Source: Candidatus Caldarchaeales archaeon
GTDB taxonomy: Archaea > Thermoproteota > Nitrososphaeria_A > Caldarchaeales > Calditenuaceae
Direction: 5' to 3'
NCBI GenBank assembly: GCA_032249095.1
Contig: JAVVGN010000076.1
Coordinates: forward strand, 1-8,401
Length of the DNA stretch: 8,401 bases
Below, one piece after another: positions 1-6,503 of this stretch; within the stretch, counting starts at the first letter, position 1; the number at the start of each line of letters is the position of its first letter. The translations under genes were made by a program, and so were the position numbers. Below the pieces are notes generated by a model that was not told the origin of the DNA, searched no databases, and saw nothing but the letters and a program-made list of their open reading frames with translations.

Positions 1-258
1 AACATCACTCCGACACCCGATGGAGTCATGGTTGTTCAGAACGAGTGGGATGGCATGATGAGGACTTGGACGATACCCTCCATCGAGACGCTGAGGTGGC
101 TTATACATGAGGCCACTGCTGGAGAGACGCCGCCGAGAATCTACCACCTACCACCACTCAACTCGATAGTCCTAGAGAGGGAGCAGATAGAGAGGTTCCA
201 CATAGTTGCGAGGCCATACGAGATAAAGACGCAGAATGAGGGGGGTGTAAGATATTGA
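1..258 (+). CDS. ORF1-family small protein of the repeated cassette, probably 5'-partial (first ATG at 28, frame open to nt 1)
   Basis: The frame is open from nt 1 to TGA 256-258. A paralogous relic at 7577-7667 shares VM..EWDG and RF.(I/L)VAR.YEIKT. Similarity already exists upstream of ATG-28 (TPTPDGVM vs SSPKRVM), so the true start is probably outside the window. No family recognised. Confidence 0.45.
   Translation, partial: NITPTPDGVMVVQNEWDGMMRTWTIPSIETLRWLIHEATAGETPPRIYHLPPLNSIVLEREQIERFHIVARPYEIKTQNEGGVRY
192..247 (+). repeat. Conserved 56-nt junction block (copy A)
   Basis: gaggttccacatagttgcgaggccatacgagataaagacgcagaatgaggggggtg matches 7619-7674 at about 48 of 57 aligned positions. 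Confidence 0.8.
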
Positions 259-584
259 AGTTCTACGCAGACGTTCACAGAACTAAGAAGAATGGCGAGA
301 GCTTCAGGATAACATACACTACTGACGGAACAGCTTTCAAACACGTAGACGGCTTCGGCGAGATCCCTGCTGGGCCCGGAGACAAGCTATTCATGGATAC
401 ACTACCACCCCAACACACGGACGGCGCGATAGAACTACTAAGGAGAGGGGTAGAGGTCTATTATCTCAGGAGGCTTACACTAATTGAGAAGATTCGCAGG
501 GAGCATAAGCTACCGAAGAGCGCTAGGGGAGACATCAAGACATTAATGAACATAGAGGAGAGGTGGTTCAGGAGGGTTACTTAG
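255..584 (+). pseudogene. IS110-like recombinase homologue, N-terminal RuvC-like half, terminated by an in-frame TAG
   Basis: A purine-rich SD-like gaggggggtg (238-247) precedes TTG 255. Acidic residues sit at aa 6 (FYADVH), 48 (LFMDT) and 93 (RGDIK), spaced 42 and 45 aa, resembling the D-E-D-D spacing of IS110-type RuvC-like domains. The expected third acidic position is Ala (KSARGD). The ORF ends at TAG 582-584 but continues in the same frame at 585. Confidence 0.45.
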
Positions 585-596
585 GACTTCCTAGTC

Positions 597-839
597 ATGC
601 GTAGGATGATATTGGCCTACAGGTCTCTATTGAAGACTCATCAGCAACTCGTCAATAAGGCCAAAGCCCTGTCGGAGAGCGAGAGGGTTACGCTGAAGCC
701 AGCTATCTCCTCCATAGAGAGGCAGATTATTGAGGAGGCTGGTAAGAGGTATCCGGCCTACAATAGGCTTGTGGATGAGCTAGGTGTTCGTGGGAATATT
801 AAGGCGAAGAGGGGTAATTTTCTCATCTTTAAATTATAG
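597..839 (+). pseudogene. Same IS110-like gene, continuation: helical linker plus HhH-like segment
   Basis: It is in the same frame as 255-584, separated only by TAG 582-584 and 4 codons. RRMILAYRSLLKTHQQLVNKAKAL resembles the helical linker that follows the RuvC domain in IS110 recombinases. VDELGVRGNIKA aligns with VEGVGLKGPALA of the 3' copy, a G-h-G HhH-like motif. Stop TAG is at 837-839. Confidence 0.45.
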
Positions 840-840
840 G

Positions 841-1047
841 TACGTTAGCGGTCCGGTCGGCTCGTCTAGAGGAAACTAGCCGCTTAGCGATTGAGAAAGA
901 TTTCACATCCCACGCATAAAGACTCAAAACCTCCACGACCTACGCCTAACCGCCGAGAACAGTCTTGATGCAGCTATTCCCGACTCTCATCGTTGTAAAC
1001 TGGTGAAGAGAGTGTTGGGTCATCGCGGCAGTAATGGTTTGCATTGA
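841..1047 (+). pseudogene. Decayed C-terminal tail of the 5' IS110-like gene (readable only across frames)
   Basis: Frame 1 at 841-876 reads YVSGPVGSSRGN. Frame 2 at 872-898 reads ETSRLAIEK. Frame 1 at 895-1047 reads ERFHIPRIKTQN...RCKLVKRVLGHRGSNGLH*. These are collinear with TGRRRHRERN / NTRSRLLIL / ERFQTEG / AERILKDLHIL in the 3' copy. Confidence 0.35.
895..930 (+). repeat. Diverged coding-level repeat of the ORF1 C-terminal motif (ERFHI..IKTQN)
   Basis: gaa aga ttt cac atc cca cgc ata aag act caa aac compares with 190-237 gag agg ttc cac ata [gtt gcg agg cca tac gag] ata aag acg cag aat. Ten residues are identical and every nucleotide difference in them is at a third codon position. Confidence 0.6.
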
Positions 1048-1101
1048 ACGGCGCGTCTTAGTGGACGGACTGGGGGTTTCCACGTTTGTGGGTATTCCTC
1101 C

Positions 1102-1108
1102 AAAAAAA
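1102..1108 (+). promoter_or_regulatory. Possible TATA-like A7 tract for a leaderless transcript starting near ATG 1134
   Basis: caaaaaaatg lies 26 nt upstream of the ATG that opens a signal-peptide-like sequence. Positional argument only. Confidence 0.25.
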
Positions 1109-1133
1109 TGGTAGGTGTTGGACTATATCCCCT

Positions 1134-1458
1134 ATGCGGCTACAGCTAGTACTAAGTCTTCTTGTAGTTGCACTACTCATCCTCTCAATGTTCGCGGCTC
1201 TTAGCCCCAATGCAGAGGCGGCGCGGAGGACAAGATCGCGCACGAGGACCACAAGTTCTTCGACGGTTACGAGCCTTACGTCGGCCACCTCTACCACGAT
1301 TTATAGCGATACATACCCCGCCGTTGATCCACGTACTTTAGGTAACTGTCCCCCGAGGTCCATGATAGATACTACGTCACCGGGCCGGACGGCAGGAAGT
1401 ACAGGAAATGGCACCCCGTTACGGTTCTAATCGACCCGTCGAACCCGATGAAGGGTAC
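1134..1458 (+). pseudogene. Frameshifted 5' region (signal peptide plus His-rich N-terminus) of the secreted protein gene
   Basis: Frame 0 at 1134-1224 reads MRLQLVLSLLVVALLILSMFAALSPNAEAA. Frame 2 at 1226-1303 reads EDKIAHEDHKFFDGYEPYVGHLYHDL, then TAG. Frame 0 at 1302-1351 reads YSDTYPAVDPRTLGNCPP. Frame 2 at 1352-1459 reads PEVHDRYYVTGPDGRKYRKWHPVTVLIDPSNP.., then TGA 1460. Frame 1 then runs to 2250. Confidence 0.45.
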
Positions 1459-2250
1459 ATGACCTTTGCCCACGAGCATGGCGATAACCCGGTGCAGGGA
1501 AGGTTCCGTGACATGCCAGCCTTCGGCTATCCTTCAAAGGTCGCTGGAATGATTGACGAGATAGCCGCTCACGCCGGGTTCAAGGTCTTCTACCACAGGA
1601 TTGAGGGGGACGGGCAGAGTAACAGGGCGGAGTGGAGAATTGTTTACCATCAGGGAACGGCTGGTGCCGCACGCCTTGTTAGGGAAATCCACTCGATTCA
1701 GATAAATGTAATTGACGCAGCCGGAAGAGTTACGAGCGTTAAGGTCATGGGTTCGACGGGCCAGCTTAGTCCAAAGTGTGGCCCCAGGGTGGGTGACAGA
1801 ATTGTACCTGATGGGGAGTGTGTGAGAAGTTATCAGGTCTACGAGGTTTGGTATTTCGCCGTCAGGGTTGGAGGCGGCGCCATCAACGGAGCCCGCTCTT
1901 TCGCAGCGCCCGGAACAGCGGTCTACAACCCCATGACTTACATGAAGGTGGGTGACTTGAGCAGGGTCTACCCAATGTCGGAGCTTCTCGAAAACCTCCC
2001 TATGGGAAGCCCTGATAGCTTCTTCTGCGGAAACCTACGCGCCATCGAGCACCCAGACCTCGGCTGGGGCAACACGGGGAGTGAATACTTTTGGACAGAC
2101 GCCGTCGGCAGGGAGGTCTCGGGCCCGTGCAGCCACTCTACATGTATACAGCAGCGCGTGCCACCCCAATACTATGCTTGGTTTGACGACGACTCGATCT
2201 TTGAGGGTGTGTGTATAGACCTACCTCTCGGTGCTCCTGGCGGGAATTAG
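1408..2250 (+). CDS. Cys/His-rich hypothetical protein (longest intact frame; probable extracellular protein)
   Basis: An 843-nt uninterrupted ORF with ordinary amino-acid composition and 7 Cys. The FAHEHGDNP motif continues the His-rich upstream fragments. Alternative internal start at ATG 1459. No family recognised. Confidence 0.65.
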   Translation: MAPRYGSNRPVEPDEGYMTFAHEHGDNPVQGRFRDMPAFGYPSKVAGMIDEIAAHAGFKVFYHRIEGDGQSNRAEWRIVYHQGTAGAARLVREIHSIQINVIDAAGRVTSVKVMGSTGQLSPKCGPRVGDRIVPDGECVRSYQVYEVWYFAVRVGGGAINGARSFAAPGTAVYNPMTYMKVGDLSRVYPMSELLENLPMGSPDSFFCGNLRAIEHPDLGWGNTGSEYFWTDAVGREVSGPCSHSTCIQQRVPPQYYAWFDDDSIFEGVCIDLPLGAPGGN

Positions 2251-2260
2251 TTATCCTCCA

Positions 2261-2270
2261 GTTTTTCTCT
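2261..2270 (+). terminator. T-tract (gtttttctct) 11 nt after the stop at 2248-2250, archaeal-type terminator candidate
   Basis: T5 run at 2262-2266 immediately downstream of the CDS. Archaeal termination typically uses oligo-T tracts. Confidence 0.35.
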
Positions 2271-2274
2271 CGCC

Positions 2275-2293
2275 CCTAAATTTATAAATTATA
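2275..2293 (+). promoter_or_regulatory. BRE/TATA-like promoter for ileS
   Basis: ctaaatttataaattata, with tttataaa at 2281-2288, about 36 nt upstream of ATG 2324. This is consistent with a transcription start about 10 nt before the ATG. Confidence 0.5.
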
Positions 2294-2323
2294 GGTGCGT
2301 TCACGACTTTTTGGCGCCGCGTA

Positions 2324-5300
2324 ATGTACGCTCTACCGCCGAGGTATAGCTTCAAGGTGGTTGAGGAAGAGGTAGCGAGGTTCTGGTCTGAGAGGGATAT
2401 TCCGAGGAAGCACATGGAGATGAATCGGGGGGCCCCGATATTCTCCTTCCTCGAGGGGCCGCCGACGGTAAACTCGTTTATGCATATCGGTCACGCGAGG
2501 GGCAGGGTCTACAAGGACCTCGTGCTGCGCTACCAGACTATGCGGGGGCTCGACGCCTGGAGAAGGGCAGGTTGGGACTGCCAGGGACTGCCAACGGAAC
2601 TTGAGGTGGAGAAGAAGCTCGGCCTCACGAGTAAGAAGGATATCGAGAAGATTGGGATGGAGAGGTTTGTCGCGGAGGCGAACGCCCTCGTTGACTACTA
2701 CATAGAACGCTGGAGGAGGGATTCTGAGAGGCTTGGCCTCTGGCTCGACTATGACAACGCCTACCAGACAAGGGCTGAGGACTATATGGAGCACGTCTGG
2801 TACTTTTTGAAGAGGTGCTACGAGAGCGGAGACCTTGTATCAAGCTACAAGGTCGTACCCTTCTGCCCGCGCTGCGAGACCCCACTATCTTCCCACGAGG
2901 TTGCGCAGGGATACGACGAGGTCGAGGACTACTCTGTCTATGTCAAGTTCCCCCTAGAGGGCGAAGAGGATGCCTCGCTGCTGATCTGGACCACCACGCC
3001 CTGGACTCTTCCGGCCAACGAGGCCGCAGCAGTGCATCCAGAGGAATACTACGTCAAGATCGAGGCTGCGGGTGGTGTGCTTATCCTGGCCGAGAAGCTC
3101 CTCGAGACTGTATGCAGAGACGCGGGTATAGGCGAGTACAGGGTTTTGGAGAGGGTCAGGGGCTCGCGCCTCGTCGGCCTGAGGTATAGGCATCCTCTGC
3201 TTGAGGAGGTCAGCGCCCACCGGGATCATGCCCCACCGGCTCACGGGGTTCTCACCGCAGAATTTGTCTCGATGGCCGAGGGCACGGGTATAGTACACAT
3301 AGCGCCGGGCCACGGGCCTGAGGACTTTGACCTTGGCAGGAAGCACGGCCTGCCGCTCTTCTGCCCAGTTGAGCCGAACGGCGTCTTCAATAGGCTGGGG
3401 GGGGTCTTCGCGGATCTGGGGGTCAAAGAGGCTTCGGAGAGGGTTCTCGAGACGCTAAGAGAGAAGAACCTTCTGCTGAAAGAGGGGAGAATGGTCCACA
3501 CATACCCCTTCTGCTGGAGGTGCGGAACCCCGCTCATCTATCTCCTAAGCCGCCAGTGGTTCCTGAGGGTCGACAGGATAAAGAGGATAATGATCGAGGA
3601 GAACTCGAGGATCAAGTGGTACCCGCCTTGGGCTGGGCAGAACCGGTTCGGCGAGTGGCTCGAAAACGCGGAGGACTGGTGCATATCTAGGTCAAGAGTT
3701 TGGGGGACCCCGCTTAATGTTTGGACCTGCGTTAGCTGCGGTGCCCAGAGGGTTGTGGGCTCACGCGGAGAGCTGGAGACCGCCCTGAGGAAGCCCGACC
3801 AACTCAGGCTCCATAGGCCCTGGATAGACCATGTCGTGTTCAAGTGTGATAGGTGCGGCGGCGAGATGCATAGGGAGCCCTACGTGCTGGACACTTGGCT
3901 CGACTCAGGCGTCGCCCACTTCGCAAGCGTCAACTGGCTGAAGGATCCGAGGCTCTTCGAGAAGCTCTTCCCCTACGACTTCATAACCGAGGCCATAGAC
4001 CAGACACGCGGCTGGTTCTACACGCTTCTATTCACCTCGGCCCTCCTATTCGGTAGAAGCCCGTACAAGACCGTCTTAAGCCAGAACTTTGTCCTCGACA
4101 AGTATGGCAAGAAGATGTCGAAGAGTAGGGGAAACGTCTTATGGGCCTCAGAGGCGATGGATAATTGGGGTGTCGACAACATCAGGCTCTATCTAGTCAG
4201 CAAGGCCCAGTCGTGGGAGACGATAAACTTCGACCCCGACGAGGTCAGGAAGGTGAACCAGACCCTCAACATACTTTGGAACGTGGTGTCCTTCGCAAAG
4301 ACCTACTTTGACCTAGACAAGTACGACCCGGAGAGGGAGAGTGTCAGCCAGATGTTGCCTCACGCAGAGCCGGAGGACAAGTGGATCCTCTCAAGGATAA
4401 ACAGCCTGATCAAGTATGTGGGAAGCTCCATCGAGAGATTCGAGATACATGAGGCTGCGAGGGCCTTGATGCGGTTCATAGTCGAGGATCTCAGCAGAAC
4501 ATATGTCAGAGCGGTGAGGAGGAGGTTCTGGATCGAGGAGCGGACAGGGAAGAAGATCGCGGCCTACGCAGCACTGCACTACGTCCTAAAAAGGCTGCTC
4601 ATAATGCTCTCGGTCTTCGCTCCCTACATATCTGAATACTTGTACCAGAGGATTAGGAGCCAGGATGACCCTGAGAGCGTATGCCTGAACAAGTGGCCTA
4701 GGCCCGACGAGAGGCTCATAAATCTGGCCATAGAGGATAGCATGCAGATTGCTGACGACGTGATCGTAGCGGCTCTCAATGCCCGGAACAAGGCTAGGAG
4801 GAAGCTTAGGTGGCCCGTTAGGAGGCTCGTGATCTCGCCCAAGTCGCCCAGAGCTCTCGAGGCCATCCAACTGCTCAGAGAATTCATAGAGAGGATGACC
4901 AACAGCCTGTCAGTCGAGCTGCTTGGGGTAGGTGAGAAGCCAAGGGAGACTGTACAGAGGATTGCCCCCATACCTGCGGCGCTCGGCCCCAAGGCGGGTA
5001 AAAAGCTGGGCGCTGTTGCGGAGGCTTTGTCCAGGCTGAACGCCGCCGAGTTCGCCGAGCAGGTCTCTAAGAGCGGGCGCTACACGCTTGTCCTAAGCGA
5101 CGGAACGTCGATCGACATCTCGGAGCGGGACTTTAGGGTCTTTGAGGAGCTGCCTCCCCACATAGTCATGTGTGAAGGACGCTTCGCAACCGTCTACATC
5201 GATGTCTCTGAGGATGAGAGGCTGAGGTCTATGTCGGTTGCCAACGAGGTGATCCGTAGGATACAGGTGATGAGGAAGGATCTGAACTTGGAGATAGTGA

Positions 5301-5512
5301 AGGAGGTTCCGTGCATCTTGTCTGTGAATCCGCCCGAGGGGCTTGAGACACTTAAGCCGGTGGTCGAGTATATTGAGGAGGAGACGAGGACGAGGATAGA
5401 GATAGAGAGCGGAGTCAATGTTGACGAGAACTTCTACGTCAGGGAGTGGGAGGTCGATGGGATGAGGATTGTTATCGCCCTCGCCAAGAGTGGTGACGGC
5501 GAGAGCGCTTAG
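2324..5512 (+). CDS. ileS: Isoleucyl-tRNA synthetase (class Ia)
   Basis: 1062-aa uninterrupted ORF. HIGH motif (MHIGHARG) at nt 2483-2494 and KMSKS (GKKMSKSRGN) at nt 4112-4126. WCISR motif and CxxC pairs (CPRCETPL, CWRCGTPL, CVSCG, CDRCGG) are typical of archaeal IleRS. Confidence 0.97.
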   Translation: MYALPPRYSFKVVEEEVARFWSERDIPRKHMEMNRGAPIFSFLEGPPTVNSFMHIGHARGRVYKDLVLRYQTMRGLDAWRRAGWDCQGLPTELEVEKKLGLTSKKDIEKIGMERFVAEANALVDYYIERWRRDSERLGLWLDYDNAYQTRAEDYMEHVWYFLKRCYESGDLVSSYKVVPFCPRCETPLSSHEVAQGYDEVEDYSVYVKFPLEGEEDASLLIWTTTPWTLPANEAAAVHPEEYYVKIEAAGGVLILAEKLLETVCRDAGIGEYRVLERVRGSRLVGLRYRHPLLEEVSAHRDHAPPAHGVLTAEFVSMAEGTGIVHIAPGHGPEDFDLGRKHGLPLFCPVEPNGVFNRLGGVFADLGVKEASERVLETLREKNLLLKEGRMVHTYPFCWRCGTPLIYLLSRQWFLRVDRIKRIMIEENSRIKWYPPWAGQNRFGEWLENAEDWCISRSRVWGTPLNVWTCVSCGAQRVVGSRGELETALRKPDQLRLHRPWIDHVVFKCDRCGGEMHREPYVLDTWLDSGVAHFASVNWLKDPRLFEKLFPYDFITEAIDQTRGWFYTLLFTSALLFGRSPYKTVLSQNFVLDKYGKKMSKSRGNVLWASEAMDNWGVDNIRLYLVSKAQSWETINFDPDEVRKVNQTLNILWNVVSFAKTYFDLDKYDPERESVSQMLPHAEPEDKWILSRINSLIKYVGSSIERFEIHEAARALMRFIVEDLSRTYVRAVRRRFWIEERTGKKIAAYAALHYVLKRLLIMLSVFAPYISEYLYQRIRSQDDPESVCLNKWPRPDERLINLAIEDSMQIADDVIVAALNARNKARRKLRWPVRRLVISPKSPRALEAIQLLREFIERMTNSLSVELLGVGEKPRETVQRIAPIPAALGPKAGKKLGAVAEALSRLNAAEFAEQVSKSGRYTLVLSDGTSIDISERDFRVFEELPPHIVMCEGRFATVYIDVSEDERLRSMSVANEVIRRIQVMRKDLNLEIVKEVPCILSVNPPEGLETLKPVVEYIEEETRTRIEIESGVNVDENFYVREWEVDGMRIVIALAKSGDGESA

Positions 5513-5515
5513 CCG

Positions 5516-6400
5516 ATGAGCGAGGTAAAGGCGCTAGCTAAGATCGTGGCGGGGCTATCGGATATCGAGTTTAAGGTCCTCGAGGTCATGGAGAGGATGT
5601 CGGATTCTGGGCGAGCATCAACCGTTACGCATCTCGCGGAGATGCTGCGGATGGATGAGGAGCGGGTTAGGGAAATCGTGGCGACGCTCAATAGGCACAA
5701 GCTTGTTTGGGCCCCACGGGGGGCCGAGTCCGGATACTACCTCAACTTTAGGGGGCTCGACGCTCTGGCGCTCAACAGCGCGGCTAGGCGTGGAATACTC
5801 ACGCACATCGGAGTGAGGATAGGTGTCGGGAAGGAGGCCGACGTATACACGGGCATCAGCGGAGAGGGTAACCCCGTCGCAGTGAAGTTCTACAGGATTG
5901 GGCGCGCGAGCATGAAAAAGCATAGAAGGTGGAGGGAGGTCAGCCTCGAATCGACCAACTATCTAGTCTCATCAAAGAGAACGGCGTCAAGGGAGATGGA
6001 GGCCCTCCGGATCCTCTATCCCGTGGGGGTCCCAGTACCAGCCCCCATATACAGAAATAGACACATGATCGTCACTTCTCTGATTCAGGGAGACCTGTTG
6101 GTAAGGGTTAGAGAGCATCCCTCACCGGAGAGGCTACTGAATGAGATTATTGACTCGATCTCGGCCGCGTTGAGATCTGGCGTCATACACCGAGACCTAA
6201 GCCCCTACAACATACTCGTCGACCTAGAGGGTCACCACATAATCATAGACTGGCCTCAGTGGGTAACGCCCGACCATCGCAACGCGGCCATGTATCTGGA
6301 GCGCGACATCAGAAACATCACCTCCTATTTTAGACGAGCCTTTAAGATCCAGGTCGACGAGGAGAGGTATAGGCAGCTGGTCTTGGGGCTGAGCCGTTAG
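5516..6400 (+). CDS. rio2: RIO-type serine/threonine protein kinase, Rio2 subtype (N-terminal winged-helix plus RIO domain)
   Basis: The N-terminal 90 aa are wHTH-like (FKVLEVMERM...GYYLNFRGLDALAL). Kinase motifs: IGVGKEADVY, VAVKFYRIGRASMKK, catalytic loop VIHRDLSPYNILV, metal-binding IIIDWPQ. It starts 3 nt after the ileS stop. Confidence 0.9.
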   Translation: MSEVKALAKIVAGLSDIEFKVLEVMERMSDSGRASTVTHLAEMLRMDEERVREIVATLNRHKLVWAPRGAESGYYLNFRGLDALALNSAARRGILTHIGVRIGVGKEADVYTGISGEGNPVAVKFYRIGRASMKKHRRWREVSLESTNYLVSSKRTASREMEALRILYPVGVPVPAPIYRNRHMIVTSLIQGDLLVRVREHPSPERLLNEIIDSISAALRSGVIHRDLSPYNILVDLEGHHIIIDWPQWVTPDHRNAAMYLERDIRNITSYFRRAFKIQVDEERYRQLVLGLSR

Positions 6401-6469
6401 TCACCTATGGAGCCTGTACGCTCGTTGTGTAGAGCCGCGTGTTCTGAGTCTACTGCCCGCCGGCGATTA

Positions 6470-6490
6470 AGTTTAAATCTTAAAAATAGG
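6470..6490 (+). promoter_or_regulatory. TATA-like promoter for the zinc-ribbon membrane protein gene
   Basis: agtttaaatcttaaaaatagg. tttaaat at 6472-6478 lies 26 nt upstream of ATG 6504, so the transcript is probably leaderless. Confidence 0.45.
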
Positions 6491-6503
6491 GGGTTTATCG
6501 TTA

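Larger units (their letters stand above)
1..1047 (+). mobile_element. Decayed IS110-like cassette (copy A); left end lies outside the window and boundaries are not defined
   Basis: ORF1 plus a disrupted recombinase-like gene that is paralogous to 7499-8401. No terminal repeats identified. Confidence 0.4.

Noticed and set aside
54-94. C/D-box sRNA candidates: atgatga at 54-60 with ctga at 91-94; tgatga at 7461-7466; gtgatgt at 7592-7598; atgatga at 6504-6510
   Set aside because: None has the full C / D' / C' / D arrangement with about 12-nt guide spacers. The spacing is wrong or the D boxes are missing, and most candidates lie inside coding sequence.
238-258. G6 run (G GGG GGT, 240-246) in the ORF1/ORF2 overlap as a -1 programmed frameshift site fusing ORF1 to ORF2
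   Set aside because: The frames are compatible with a -1 slip in copy A. However, copy B has aaggaggtg at the same place, a better Shine-Dalgarno match with no slippery heptamer. The purine run is therefore more likely a ribosome-binding or coupling signal.
141-344. Minus-strand ORF 141..344
   Set aside because: It is antisense to ORF1/ORF2 of cassette copy A, and the + strand frames carry the paralogue-supported similarity.
582-584. In-frame TAG as programmed readthrough or pyrrolysine
   Set aside because: Nothing in the window suggests Pyl machinery. Both cassette copies carry several independent lesions, so a plain nonsense mutation is the simpler explanation.
1047-1112. Frame-2 peptide ERRVLVDGLGVSTFVGIPP as a further recombinase N-terminus (cf. 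GRVFIDFGRNRVYALP) or a second copy of the KRVLGH tail
   Set aside because: It has only 4-5 identities and overlaps the tail alignment in another frame. Its distance from the ERFHI..IKTQN block (about 120 nt) also does not match the 10-25 nt seen at the two clear junctions.
1058-1430. ORF 1086..1430 (+) read as a single protein, and ORF 1058..1297 (-)
   Set aside because: After the signal-peptide-like part, the + ORF turns into Ser/Thr/Arg low complexity, while another frame gives ordinary protein sequence. The minus ORF is an antisense shadow.
2333-5418. Many 60-150 aa ORFs inside ileS on the minus strand or in other + frames (2333..2794-, 2625..2885-, 2815..3189+, 2954..3346-, 3241..3537-, 3538..3843-, 4391..4579-, 4586..4870-, 4624..4992-, 5194..5418-)
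   Set aside because: They lie fully inside a confidently identified 1062-aa synthetase gene. Their Arg/Ser/Pro/Gly-rich low-complexity composition is typical of shadow frames in GC-rich, stop-poor coding sequence.
5509-5923. Minus-strand ORFs 5509..5700 and 5618..5923
   Set aside because: They are antisense shadows of rio2, with no start context or motifs.
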